Source: Bacteriovoracaceae bacterium (lineage in GTDB: Bacteria > Bdellovibrionota > Bacteriovoracia > Bacteriovoracales > Bacteriovoracaceae). Taken from it: 64,000 bases of DNA. Positions 9,295 through 19,376 of the stretch are shown here, in pieces (within the stretch, counting starts at the first letter, position 1; every line of letters begins with the position of its first letter). The stretch lies in the NCBI GenBank assembly GCA_965217035.1, contig OZ244226.1, forward strand, positions 2,400,146-2,464,145. The letters are read 5' to 3'. A program made the position numbers and the translations under genes. The notes under the pieces were generated by a model, which was given only the letters and a program-made list of their open reading frames with translations, was not told the origin of the DNA and searched no databases.

Positions 9295-12200
9295 ATGAAG
9301 CTGTTATTAGTTTTTTCTTTATTTTTAACAAGTTCAAGTGCTTTTACTGATAAACTTAATTTTATTCAATGCAATCTTTTGACGGCCAATAGCACTCAAG
9401 GAATTTTTAAAACTCATCAGTATGACTCTTTTTTAAAGAAAAAAATTCTTAGTCAAAAAATTCGAGAAGAACATTGGGAAAATGCTTTAACCTTAAGTGA
9501 CAGTTATTATGGCAATAGACGGGTTCTTGAATCACTTAATGAAAAATACCAGCTTGGTATAGATGTTAATAAATTCTCTCAAGGAAAAGATCCCGATAAC
9601 TTTGACGGCCCATTATTTCAAAAAATATTAAGAGGAGATTCAATCCGTTATTCAGGAGCTTTATCTGCAGAAGAGCTTGCAAAGTCTCTTTATATTCAAG
9701 AAATTATTATTCTTTCTAGAGATAGATTCGCCAGTCTGGGAAATTCAAGTAACGCTTTGAGCGAACTCAGATCCGCTCAAGCAAGAATATTAAGAACTCT
9801 CATGTCTAAAGCGAGGAAAGATGATTTAACATTCCTGAAGTCAATGTTCTCATACCTTTTTCTTGATAATCCAGATAAGTTTTTTAGAAATCAAAGAATC
9901 TCTCTTAGTCGTATCGCAAATACAATTGATTCTTGGGGAGGAACAATTCGATCAGACGTACCTTTTGAGAAAAGGCTGATTTGGGGAGAAGCACTTTTTG
10001 AGGGAAGTAGAAAAGGTGAGTTTGGGATTGCTCATTCCTATATCGCAGATGAACTCTTTTGGAAGTCGTTTTCACCTGAGGAGTACCACGCGCTTGGGGG
10101 AATTTTAGCGAAGAACTCTCTTTTGATTCCTTTGGATGAGTTTAAAGCGCTTGCTAAAGCAATTTCAGATCCTGAGTTATCAAGTGAAATTCAAAGATTA
10201 TATCTAAATACTCTCAATGACTCAAAAGTTTCGAGTGAAGGAAAAGATCTTATTCTAGCAAAAGGAATTGATTTATATGGTGAAAAGATCATTTCGTTAA
10301 GTGGTATCAGAGAAATTGTAAAAACTTATAAGAAACCATCTGATTTGAAAAAATTAAATCAGCTACTTATTTCTCATTTAAAAAATATTGAGAATTCAGA
10401 ATCGAAAAGAAGTTTCATTCAAGATGTTCTTTTTCATGTAGATATTAACCCAAAAATTGAATTAGCATTGCTTGATCAGGTACAACAAATAGCTCCTCAG
10501 GAGTTAGAGAATGTTTCGATGTATCTATCTGTTCAGGGAAGAATTAAATCTGAAAAATGGGATAAGTTTCTCTTAAGCCGACCTGATGAATATCAGAGAT
10601 TAAAAATTGAGATGATTAGTGGAGGGTTTGAAGACCCAATCAAAATCGTCAAAGAACAAAAGAATTTAGAGGATTATTATAAAAAAGTTATTCCTGAGAT
10701 TCTTGGAAAAAAACGAGCTCCAAAACCTTTCGATTCCTTTAATAACGGATGGGGGAGATGGATTGAATCTCTACCTGAGAGTAAAAGAGTTGAAACAATG
10801 CTTAAAGCCTTTGAGCAAAAAAGTAACGACAAAGAACTATTTAAAGTATTCTTGAGTGAGTTAGAACCTAATGCAAGCTCTTCTAAGGCAATTAGTCAGT
10901 TTTTTCTCTCCGAATCCGGTCTTAAAATGCTCGGTGCAAATGATCTTGATTCACAATATTTAAAAAATGTTTTCAATCGCGAAAGAGGTCAAGAATTCTT
11001 TCCTTGGCTAGGATCTGCTTCACGTGGTTTAGATAATATGTCTCCTAGTAGTTTATACATAACACTGATTTCTGATCCAAGTATTCAAACAATACCTGAG
11101 AATCCTTTTGGATGGGACTATGATACCTTTAGCCAAAACTTTAGAGCACTTTTTCACAGAAATACTCAACTCACATTTTTTAGACGATTTTCCGATATTC
11201 CTAATCGGATTAGAGGAAATGTTCAGGAAGTGAATTCTCTAAAGTCAGCAATGATTCAAGGAAATCTTGAAGGGCAAGGATTTAGTATTTCTCGAAGAGA
11301 TACTGGTCGTGGTGCTGGACAAGTTGAAAATGATATCCCTGAGTTTATTAGAGCTTTTTCGAGAGCTTTAAACAACGAAGGGGACAATGCTTTTAAAAGG
11401 CTCGATCCACTTTATAAAAGACTTCTAGCAAAAAGCTGGTCTTTTGGTGATACAGGATCAGGTCTTATTAATACTATCCGTCAAGAAGCCATTGATGTTG
11501 CTAATTATGATGAAGCCTTTTGGAACCTTAGAGTTGAAATCCATAATTTTCCTAATCGAGATGTTTATAATCGAGTTATAGCGTATAAGAATAGTGGAAA
11601 ACTCATCGAAGTTGGAGAAGAGGCTGTCGCTAAGCTTGATACGCTTATTAAGAACCTTGAAAGACTTTTAGGAATTGGACAACAGGCCTCATGGGTTGAA
11701 GCTGTTCTGGGAAGGGAAGCAGCGGCCTTATTAAATGCACTTGGATCTGATTTAAGTAAAATCAAAGATTTCGATGGAGTTCTCAAGGTAAGAAAAGCTT
11801 GGCAAAAGCTAACTGATGCAGCATTAAAAGAAGGGTCTTTAGCTGATAACAAGGCTTACGATCTTCTGGTGGGACAAAATGTTCTTGCTGATTTTGCGAC
11901 CCTTATTGCTGATCAAAAACTTCAAAAGTTAGGAGGGATTAATGGGAGAGGTTGGGCCTCTCACTTAAATTTTGCAGAAAATGTTCTTAAAAATATTGAA
12001 TTTGATCAAATGCTCACTCAAAAGCAAGTTAAAGAACTTCAAGACCTTGTTGAAAGAATCAATTCTCAAAGAAATTTGGATTTTAATCGAAAGATCGAAC
12101 TTATTCTCCAAGTTTATCAGAATGCAATTGATCAAGTTTATTTTAAATTTTCAGATGAACTAGGAATAATAGACGAAACTTTGGCAAAGATTGCTCGTTA

Positions 12201-13686
12201 TCGAAATAAAGATGCAAAAGTAAGTCCTGTTAAATTTATTGATTCGACTATGCGTTCTCATAGTATCTTTATCTTAAGTAAATGGGTTGATGAAGTTCAA
12301 TGGATATTAACGAAAAGGAAAAACCTTACTCATGAAATTGCAGGGAAAAATATCACGAATCCGGTTGAAGTCTTCAACCCAGGTGAATCAGTAGGAATTC
12401 TAAGAATCAACAAAGATCCCCTTCAGTTAACAACGAAAGAAATTGGAGTTTTTACGGAAATGCCAGTAGAATCATCAGCATTGGGAGGGATTGTCACTCT
12501 CGGTGTTGGAGCTCGTTTATCTCATCTTCAATTGCTTGCGAAATCATTAGGAATTCCTAATGTCAAAGTTTCACCAGATCTTCTTGGAGAGCTTAAAAAT
12601 CTCGATGGGAAAAAAGTCAGAATTAGAGCTAATAAAAAAGGTGAGTTGAAAATTGAACTTGCTGGTCGAGAAGGCTTAATAGCTCAGGAGAACATAAAAG
12701 AAGTTGAGGTTCCTAAACCAAATCTTGTTGTCGAGAAACCAAAAAGTTTTCAACAACTTGTTGATGAAACTCTTTATGATATTGCCGGACCTAAAGGAAT
12801 CCAACTTTCGAAGATGCGAACTAATCCTGGTCTCATTGTTCCGGATGGCTTCGTCCTTCCTTTTGGTTTTTTCAATCGTTATGCTAAGCAAACAAATTTG
12901 AAACCATATCTTGAGACTCTAGAGAATTTACAACTAAGCAATGAGTATCTTGTCTCTAAAGTATCTGATCAAATCATTAGACATATCAAAGAAACTCCGA
13001 TTCCTCCTAAGATGATCGATGAAGTCATAGTAGAGTTAAAAGCATTAAAAAGAAGAAGTAATTCGAAAGGATACTTTTTTAGAAGTGATACTAATATTGA
13101 AGATCTTCCTAATTTTAATGGTGCGGGTCTTAATGAATCAGTTGCCAATGTTTTAATAAAAAGAAAAGATGTTGAAGATGCAATTCGAAAGGTTTGGATT
13201 TCTCCATTTAAGAATAAGTCTCTTTCTTGGAGAGGAGCTGCATTAGGTCGTGCTAATGCTTCTGTTGCTTATCCTTCTATTGTTGTCATGCCGACGATTA
13301 AAGCAAAGGCATCAGGAGTGATCTTATCTAAAGGGGGAAAAAATTGGAAACCAGGAAGAGGAATTATTAGTTCTAACTGGGGAATCGGTTCAGTCGTTGA
13401 GGCTGGTCGACCGGTAGAAGAGATTACATTAGAGAATGGGCAAATATTAAAATATAGTCTAACTGTTACAGACAAAAAACCTGTTGCTAATCGAGGCGGC
13501 GGCATTAGCCTTAAAGATATTGATCGAGGGACGCCTGTTCTTTCAGATAAGGATATTCAACAGCTTAATGATGCTGCTATGAAAATTGAAAAAATGCTTG
13601 GTGATGAGGCTCATGGTTGGGATATTGAATGGGCGATTGATCAATCAAATCAAATTATAATCCTTCAAGCAAGACCGAATATGTAA
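9295..13686 (+). CDS. Large exported PEP/pyruvate-binding (PPDK_N) dikinase-like protein with an upstream phospho-His domain
   Basis: Signal peptide; GARLSHLQLLAKSLGIP His domain; GPKG, VPDGF, RSDTNIEDLPNFNGAGL, DIEWA and ILQARP ATP-grasp motifs. Confidence 0.85.
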   Translation: MKLLLVFSLFLTSSSAFTDKLNFIQCNLLTANSTQGIFKTHQYDSFLKKKILSQKIREEHWENALTLSDSYYGNRRVLESLNEKYQLGIDVNKFSQGKDPDNFDGPLFQKILRGDSIRYSGALSAEELAKSLYIQEIIILSRDRFASLGNSSNALSELRSAQARILRTLMSKARKDDLTFLKSMFSYLFLDNPDKFFRNQRISLSRIANTIDSWGGTIRSDVPFEKRLIWGEALFEGSRKGEFGIAHSYIADELFWKSFSPEEYHALGGILAKNSLLIPLDEFKALAKAISDPELSSEIQRLYLNTLNDSKVSSEGKDLILAKGIDLYGEKIISLSGIREIVKTYKKPSDLKKLNQLLISHLKNIENSESKRSFIQDVLFHVDINPKIELALLDQVQQIAPQELENVSMYLSVQGRIKSEKWDKFLLSRPDEYQRLKIEMISGGFEDPIKIVKEQKNLEDYYKKVIPEILGKKRAPKPFDSFNNGWGRWIESLPESKRVETMLKAFEQKSNDKELFKVFLSELEPNASSSKAISQFFLSESGLKMLGANDLDSQYLKNVFNRERGQEFFPWLGSASRGLDNMSPSSLYITLISDPSIQTIPENPFGWDYDTFSQNFRALFHRNTQLTFFRRFSDIPNRIRGNVQEVNSLKSAMIQGNLEGQGFSISRRDTGRGAGQVENDIPEFIRAFSRALNNEGDNAFKRLDPLYKRLLAKSWSFGDTGSGLINTIRQEAIDVANYDEAFWNLRVEIHNFPNRDVYNRVIAYKNSGKLIEVGEEAVAKLDTLIKNLERLLGIGQQASWVEAVLGREAAALLNALGSDLSKIKDFDGVLKVRKAWQKLTDAALKEGSLADNKAYDLLVGQNVLADFATLIADQKLQKLGGINGRGWASHLNFAENVLKNIEFDQMLTQKQVKELQDLVERINSQRNLDFNRKIELILQVYQNAIDQVYFKFSDELGIIDETLAKIARYRNKDAKVSPVKFIDSTMRSHSIFILSKWVDEVQWILTKRKNLTHEIAGKNITNPVEVFNPGESVGILRINKDPLQLTTKEIGVFTEMPVESSALGGIVTLGVGARLSHLQLLAKSLGIPNVKVSPDLLGELKNLDGKKVRIRANKKGELKIELAGREGLIAQENIKEVEVPKPNLVVEKPKSFQQLVDETLYDIAGPKGIQLSKMRTNPGLIVPDGFVLPFGFFNRYAKQTNLKPYLETLENLQLSNEYLVSKVSDQIIRHIKETPIPPKMIDEVIVELKALKRRSNSKGYFFRSDTNIEDLPNFNGAGLNESVANVLIKRKDVEDAIRKVWISPFKNKSLSWRGAALGRANASVAYPSIVVMPTIKAKASGVILSKGGKNWKPGRGIISSNWGIGSVVEAGRPVEEITLENGQILKYSLTVTDKKPVANRGGGISLKDIDRGTPVLSDKDIQQLNDAAMKIEKMLGDEAHGWDIEWAIDQSNQIIILQARPNM

Positions 13687-13824
13687 ACTTAGAAATTGTT
13701 TAAGCTTTTTTGTGACTATTCGGTCTTCGTATTATGATTGTAAAAATACTTTTGAAAACAATGAAGTACTTCAATTTTTTTAGCTTTCGTTTCAAAATCC
13801 AGATTAAACTCTAGATCCTTTAAC

Positions 13825-14841
13825 TTATTGATCTCTATAGCGAAGCACTCGATCAGCGAAGTCCGAAAATATTCCATCAATGCCAACCTTTTTTATAAGA
13901 ACATTAAAAAGTTGTTCTTCGTTTTTTATAAAAGAGGGGAGGTCATCTTTTCGATGAGTATAAGGGTGAACCTTGAGTCCATACTTATGGGCCCAGGAAA
14001 CAAGATTTGTTATAGAGTAGCTTTGTCCTTCTTTCTTTAAAATTTGTGGAATCCAAGGTCCAATTCCAAAAGCATAAGTCGATACTTCTTTGATTCCTTT
14101 TTTTGTGAGGATGGAATTGTAATCAATTGAACTTTCATTCCATGAGTTATCAGCAATCAGTAAAATGAGAGGAATTTTAGTTTTAAACTCATTTTTAAGT
14201 CTTTTCAAGCTGGGTGGATAAAAGCATTGGATAATCGCTTGTCCGTTCTTTTCATAACCGTATTTTCTTAAAATATTGATTGTCGCTTTGGTAATATCTT
14301 TACCTTCTTTTTGATGAAACTCTGGGTTTTTTATCTCAGGATAAATTCCAATTTTTTTTCTAGAGCTTTTATTAAGTCCTTGCACGAGTTCAATAAACTC
14401 TTCTAGAGTCGGAACTTCAAATCGAGACTTTTTTAAGGGAAACCGTTGGGGAAATACGACTTTTCCAGTGATATGATCTTTTCTTTCATTAACACGAAGT
14501 TTTTTAATTTCTTTTAGTGTGAAATCAACAGCATAAAAACGACCGTCCTTTCTTGCTCTTTTAGGATAGATTTTTTTTACATTTGTTGTCGTATCTAAAT
14601 GAGGATCATGGAGGATGACTAATTGATTATCTTTTGTCATGACGAGATCAGGTTCTATATAGTCAACTCCCCAGGAATGGGCCATCGCTGCTCCCTCCAA
14701 GGTATGTTCTGGTAAGTAGCCACTTGCACCTCTGTGAGCAATGACGACGAGATCGCTTTTTTTTATTTTTGCAAACAGGTTGCTATTAACAGTTAAAAAA
14801 ACAGAAAGAAAAAAGAGGGTAGACTTCATATTAATCTCCAA
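13825..14841 (-). CDS. glpQ: Glycerophosphodiester phosphodiesterase
   Basis: IAHRGASGYLPEHTL, IEPDLVMTKD, YPEIK, DGIFSDF. Confidence 0.95.
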   Translation of the reverse strand: MEINMKSTLFFLSVFLTVNSNLFAKIKKSDLVVIAHRGASGYLPEHTLEGAAMAHSWGVDYIEPDLVMTKDNQLVILHDPHLDTTTNVKKIYPKRARKDGRFYAVDFTLKEIKKLRVNERKDHITGKVVFPQRFPLKKSRFEVPTLEEFIELVQGLNKSSRKKIGIYPEIKNPEFHQKEGKDITKATINILRKYGYEKNGQAIIQCFYPPSLKRLKNEFKTKIPLILLIADNSWNESSIDYNSILTKKGIKEVSTYAFGIGPWIPQILKKEGQSYSITNLVSWAHKYGLKVHPYTHRKDDLPSFIKNEEQLFNVLIKKVGIDGIFSDFADRVLRYRDQ

Positions 14842-14900
14842 ATGATTTACTATTTAGATATTAAATCATTTTATTATTTATTAAAGGCTAGAGCATTATT

Positions 14901-16205
14901 ATGAATTCAACGCTTCGCACGCCAAATCCAATTGAACTCATCAAGTTGAAAAAGTGGAGATTAAGCGTCTTTTGGGTCTGTCTGGTCGGTTATATTGGCT
15001 ATTACTTATGCCGAAAAAATATAGCTGCCGCTTTTCCTCTTATGAGCGAAGAGTTTGGCTATAGCAATACAGAGCTGGGGCTTATTGCTTTTTATTCTGA
15101 ATTAGCCTACGCAGCTGGAAAGTTTATTAATGGCCCTTTAACAGACAAATTCGGTGGAAGAAAGTTCTTCCTCATTGGAATGTTGGGAGCGATTGCCTGT
15201 AATTTATTATTTACTCAAGGAAGTTCTCTCACTTACTTCATTATTATTTGGTGTGTTTGTCGTTACTTTCTCTCTATGGGATGGGGAGGTTTGATCAAAA
15301 TGATAGGCTATTGGTATGAGCCTGAGCGAAATGGAACGATTATGGGGTTCATTAGTTTGAACTTTCAATTTGGAGGAGTTCTTGCCACGTTGCTTGCTGG
15401 TTTTCTCGTTGCGAAAGGCTTGGGGTGGAAAGCTGTTTTTATTTATCCCGCAATTATTTTAGGAATTATTTGTCTCTGGTCTTTTTTAGCATCACGAGAA
15501 AAACCTGAAGATGTTATAATTGGTACAAATTTTGGGCATGGATCAAATGATAAAAAATCTTTGATGGGTGAGGAGATAAATAAAGGAATAAGTGAGTCAC
15601 CCTTAAAAACTATTTTGAGTCTCTTAAAAATAAATGCTTACAGGCATGTTCTGGTTTTTAGCTTTTTTACAACATTTTTACGATCTATTTTTTTCTTTTG
15701 GACTCCTAAGTTACTCGTTGATTTAGGGATGGGAGCTTCTAATGCTATTATGAAATCTGCCTTATTTCCATTCTTAGGTTGTTTAGGAACCATCTTACTT
15801 GGCTGGTATACTGACAAACATGCTAAGAATGGAGATAGAGCAACAGCAATGTGGATTATGCTTGTAGGGCTTATCGCTTCTCTTTTAGCTGTTGCCTGGG
15901 CCATATCTGTTGGAAACTTAAATAACTTGATTGTTGTTCTTTTAGGAGCTTCTGGTTTCTTTCTTCTGGGTCCCTATTCTATGAGTAGTGGGGCTTTAAC
16001 TCTCGATATTGCTGGAGCGAAAGCAGCTGGTAGTGCAACTGGTATGATTGATTGTTTGGGCTATATCGGAGGAGCTTTGGCCGTTTGGTGCGCTGGTAAA
16101 CTTTCTGACGTTTTGGGCTGGGAGCAAGTTTTTTATGTTTTAGCTTTATGTGCAGGTTTCGCAACCTTGTCAGCTTTTCTCTTAAGTCGAGAGTTGAAGA
16201 AATGA
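14901..16205 (+). CDS. glpT: MFS organophosphate:Pi antiporter (GlpT/UhpT family)
   Basis: GYYLCRKN motif, multi-TM MFS pattern, divergent from glpQ. Confidence 0.75.
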   Translation: MNSTLRTPNPIELIKLKKWRLSVFWVCLVGYIGYYLCRKNIAAAFPLMSEEFGYSNTELGLIAFYSELAYAAGKFINGPLTDKFGGRKFFLIGMLGAIACNLLFTQGSSLTYFIIIWCVCRYFLSMGWGGLIKMIGYWYEPERNGTIMGFISLNFQFGGVLATLLAGFLVAKGLGWKAVFIYPAIILGIICLWSFLASREKPEDVIIGTNFGHGSNDKKSLMGEEINKGISESPLKTILSLLKINAYRHVLVFSFFTTFLRSIFFFWTPKLLVDLGMGASNAIMKSALFPFLGCLGTILLGWYTDKHAKNGDRATAMWIMLVGLIASLLAVAWAISVGNLNNLIVVLLGASGFFLLGPYSMSSGALTLDIAGAKAAGSATGMIDCLGYIGGALAVWCAGKLSDVLGWEQVFYVLALCAGFATLSAFLLSRELKK

Positions 16206-16311
16206 ACAGAAAAATGATCAGACTTTATTTTAAGAGATAATTCTTTAGTTCATTATTCCCAAATGAGTAAAGAAGAATGGCTTCTCTTTTAGTGCTGAAA
16301 TAAACTCAAAG

Positions 16312-17031
16312 TTAAAAAGCTTCATTTTCTTTTGTTATATTTTCAACACTTTTGGATAGAGAAATTCCTTTTTTTAAACTGGCAGCAGCCTGTGGATTTG
16401 AGTAGATCTCTGAGATATTGACTAATCCTGCCCAGGTGTCTTCTTGAAGATCAAAGTCTTCATCAGCGGGATCTCCAGATCTACCTTTGTAGCTTGCTTC
16501 TTCAAAAGAAATTTCGATGACCCCTGTGCGAAGAATTTCGTTTTTAAGTGGTTCTCTCAATTCTTCTGAGCGACCGGGTATTACGTTGTCGGTGATTAAC
16601 TTAAGAATTCGAACTTTCTCGTTGTATTCGCAAACTTCTTTGCCTTTGCCAAAAATAACGACAGAGTCAAAGTTAATCGAATGGTGAAGTCCAGATCTTC
16701 CCAAGACAAGCTGATTCATTTTATAAATTGATATACAGATAATATCTCCTGAGCATACTGCTTTTAGCATTCTACTTTTTGCGGCTCCGTGAATATAGAT
16801 TTTTTCCTTTCTTTCATCGAAAAAGTATATTGTCGGTAGGCAAAAAGGTGTTTCATCATAATTAAAAGCTATTTGACACATCCAGTTATTCTTCAAGACG
16901 GGCCAAATAGACTCTTTGTCATATGCTCCCTTAAAAGGGAGCCGCTTTAGCTTTGATCTTTTTGATAAATAGTCTTTTTCTCGATTACTTGCAGTCATCA
17001 TCACCTCTTTCAAATAAAAGGTATGATTCAA
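16312..17031 (-). CDS. Pyridoxamine 5'-phosphate oxidase-like (NimA/FMN-binding) protein
   Basis: IYIHGAAKSRM, HHSINFDSVVIFG, WAGLV. Confidence 0.85.
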   Translation of the reverse strand: MNHTFYLKEVMMTASNREKDYLSKRSKLKRLPFKGAYDKESIWPVLKNNWMCQIAFNYDETPFCLPTIYFFDERKEKIYIHGAAKSRMLKAVCSGDIICISIYKMNQLVLGRSGLHHSINFDSVVIFGKGKEVCEYNEKVRILKLITDNVIPGRSEELREPLKNEILRTGVIEISFEEASYKGRSGDPADEDFDLQEDTWAGLVNISEIYSNPQAAASLKKGISLSKSVENITKENEAF

Positions 17032-17032
17032 T

Positions 17033-17077
17033 CTGTCTTGTTAGAAGTGACAGTTTTTAGGTTTTTTAGTACGACAG
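17033..17077. promoter_or_regulatory. Putative MocR operator (one inverted plus two direct GACAG repeats)
   Basis: CTGTC 17033-37, GACAG 17049-53, GACAG 17073-77 in the divergent intergenic gap. Confidence 0.45.
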
Positions 17078-17081
17078 AAGT

Positions 17082-18446
17082 GTGAAGAATTTTGTTTTAA
17101 GCCAGGAATTGAACACTGGGTCTATTCAAAAAGAATTGTTTCTTGAAATATTGGAACAAATAAAAGATGGAAAGTTATCACCAGGAGAAAAACTCCCTTC
17201 TGTTAGAGAGTTATCTTCTTTATTAGGAATAAGTAGGACTACTGTAGAAAATATTTACCAAGAGTTATTAGCTGAAGGGTGGATCTTCTCTAGAAATCGT
17301 AAAGGTTACTTTATAAGTCATGATGTTATTTTGTTAAATAAAGGTCATAATTCGCAGCTTCAAGGGTTTGAAAAGTCAGAAGCAAAAGAACTGTTTCTGG
17401 ACTCAGGTCAACCAGACGATAGACTTCTATCAGAAAAAGAAATTTTAAATTGTACAATGGAATCTATTTCAAAAAGAGTAGACGCAACCAAACAAATCGT
17501 TTCCTATGTCGAAAGAACGAAAGATATGGGCAATGGACATGTCGTTATCTCTCCTGGCTCTCAGCAATCGATCTATGTCGTTCTCCAAGAATTTAGACAA
17601 CAAGGCAAAAAAACAATCGCCATCGAAGAGTACTCTTATAAAAAAGTTTTTGAAATTGCGAAGTTTTTAGGCTTTAAAATACTTCCTCTTAAAATAGGAC
17701 AACAATGCGTTGATATCGACTTTTTAAAAGCTAATGGAAAGAAGATTGACGTTTTGTATTTAACGACTCAGTTACAGTTCCCAACGACAAAGAAAATGTC
17801 TTTTAAGCATAAGATAGAAATTGTTGAGCTCTCCAGGAAGTATAATTTTCAAGTTATTGAGGATAACTATGAAGACGAATTTTATTACACGACTCATCCT
17901 GCACCAAGTCTATATAGCCTAGCGAATGGAAAAAGAGTTATACATATTTCAACTTTTTCAAAGCTTATTTCTCCCGCTTTTCGTATCGGTTATATTGTTG
18001 CTAATAAGAAACTTGCGACTCGTTATCATGAGATTTCTAACTTGGTTTCAGGAGAAAAAATACCTTTAGAGGAATCTATTATCGCAAAATTCATTGAAAA
18101 GAAGTTTATCGATAAGCATTTTCGTCGGGCCAGAAGAGTTTACAAACGACGATCAAAGTATTTTATCAAAAAATTAAAATTGAGTTCTATCATTTCTTCA
18201 TATTTTAATGTGGATATTCAAATTAATGGAGGCACTTCTGTTTGGCTTGAATGTAAACATATGAAGCCTGAGAAACTTAAAGTATTTCTTGAGAAGCAAA
18301 GAATATATCTTGCATGGAGTGATCTTTTTAAGATTGGAAGATCAAAACAGAAGAACTGGTTTGTTAGAGTTGGTTTTGCTTCTTACACAGCAAATGAAAT
18401 AGATGAAAAGATATCAATATTAGAAAGTACTTTAAAACGCTTTTAG
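17082..18446 (+). CDS. MocR/GntR PLP-dependent transcriptional regulator
   Basis: GEKLPSVRELS wHTH; IEDNYEDEF and STFSKLISPAFRIG aminotransferase-like domain. Confidence 0.92.
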   Translation: MKNFVLSQELNTGSIQKELFLEILEQIKDGKLSPGEKLPSVRELSSLLGISRTTVENIYQELLAEGWIFSRNRKGYFISHDVILLNKGHNSQLQGFEKSEAKELFLDSGQPDDRLLSEKEILNCTMESISKRVDATKQIVSYVERTKDMGNGHVVISPGSQQSIYVVLQEFRQQGKKTIAIEEYSYKKVFEIAKFLGFKILPLKIGQQCVDIDFLKANGKKIDVLYLTTQLQFPTTKKMSFKHKIEIVELSRKYNFQVIEDNYEDEFYYTTHPAPSLYSLANGKRVIHISTFSKLISPAFRIGYIVANKKLATRYHEISNLVSGEKIPLEESIIAKFIEKKFIDKHFRRARRVYKRRSKYFIKKLKLSSIISSYFNVDIQINGGTSVWLECKHMKPEKLKVFLEKQRIYLAWSDLFKIGRSKQKNWFVRVGFASYTANEIDEKISILESTLKRF

Positions 18447-18475
18447 AAAACTATTAAAAAGAAGGCTTAACCGGT

Positions 18476-18509
18476 AAAACATGGAAGTGGGGTACCACTG
18501 CCATGTTTT
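18476..18509. terminator. Bidirectional hairpin terminator
   Basis: AAAACATGG-AGTGG/CCACT-CCATGTTTT stem between convergent genes. Confidence 0.6.
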
Positions 18510-18558
18510 GTAGTAAAAGAATTTTTATGAATAAAAAAACAGAACGATTTCAGTTTTA

Positions 18559-18699
18559 TTATTCTCCTTTACATCCGCAATGATCGTGCCCACAGCCTAC
18601 GCCCTGTTTGTGTCCAGTAGCGCATTCATCAGAGCAGTAAGTTTGGCCTTCTTGAACTTTGCATTCACAGTCAATACAAGCACATTTAGATTTACTCAT
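18559..18699 (-). CDS. smtA: Bacterial metallothionein (SmtA/BmtA family), 46 aa
   Basis: MSKSKCACIDCECKVQEGQTYCSDECATGHKQGVGCGHDHCGCKGE*; RBS AGGAGG; CACxxCxC...YCSxxCxxGH...CGHxxCxC pattern; below the ORF-track cutoff. Confidence 0.9.
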   Translation of the reverse strand: MSKSKCACIDCECKVQEGQTYCSDECATGHKQGVGCGHDHCGCKGE

Positions 18700-18728
18700 A
18701 ATCCCTCCTAGGATAAACGTTATTATCT

Positions 18729-19037
18729 TTATTCATCACTACAGTCTTCATGCACAATATGATGAATCATATTTTCAAGCATATTTGAGATATGAGAATC
18801 CGCAGAAGTGTAGTAAATGTATTTACCTTCTCTACGAGATTTAACCAAACGAGCGGCTTTTAATAACCTTAGGTGGTGACTGACTAAGGATTGAGAGAGA
18901 TTTAATTCTTGTGCCACTGAGCCCACCGAAAGTTCTTTTTCAAGACAAGCAATCAAGATGCTGAGTCTCGTTCCGTCTCCTAAAATAGCGAAAGTATCTG
19001 CGAGTTCTATTGTTTGGTCTATACTAATATCAAACAT
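18729..19037 (-). CDS. ArsR/SmtB metal-sensing repressor (alpha5 site, CzrA/SmtB type)
   Basis: LGDGTRLSIL, LSQSLVSHHLRLL; C-terminal D-x-H-x10-H-x2-H. Confidence 0.9.
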   Translation of the reverse strand: MFDISIDQTIELADTFAILGDGTRLSILIACLEKELSVGSVAQELNLSQSLVSHHLRLLKAARLVKSRREGKYIYYTSADSHISNMLENMIHHIVHEDCSDE

Positions 19038-19040
19038 ATA

Positions 19041-19066
19041 TACATATTAACATGTATTCATGTGTT
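19041..19066. promoter_or_regulatory. SmtB/CzrA-type 12-2-12 operator
   Basis: TACATATTAACA-TG-TATTCATGTGTT imperfect inverted repeat immediately upstream of the ArsR start. Confidence 0.7.
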
Positions 19067-19119
19067 TGCATAGTACCTGTTATAAAATAGCCTAGAGCTT
19101 ATCTCGAACTGGTAGCAAC

Positions 19120-19376
19120 TCAAGCTACTTTCTTTCTTTACTGCAAAGATATTTTCATTTCTCATTCTATAGGTGCTTTCAGGAGGGACGATTAATTCAA
19201 ATGTACTTTCCTTCTTTTTTCCTAGGATTTCTTTTTCTAAAGGAGGAAGAATTGTCTCTTGATCTTGAATGAAAGCAAATGGCTTATCATTATCAGTGGT
19301 ATCTATAACTAAGCTTGTCGCATTTTTTTAAGTATAGTTAATTTCCCACGTAAGTATTATTGGTAACTGTATTCAT
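19120..19376 (-). pseudogene. slyD: SlyD-like FKBP peptidyl-prolyl isomerase remnant
   Basis: Joined frames read MNTVTNNTYV/EINYT*KNATSLVIDTTDNDKPFAFIQDQETILPPLEKEILGKKKESTFELIVPPESTYRMRNENI; frameshift, stop codon and truncation. Confidence 0.6.

Noticed and set aside
9295..13686. PEP synthase, PPDK or rifampin phosphotransferase call
   Set aside because: Domain order (His domain before a C-terminal ATP-grasp), no pyruvate barrel and a signal peptide do not fit.
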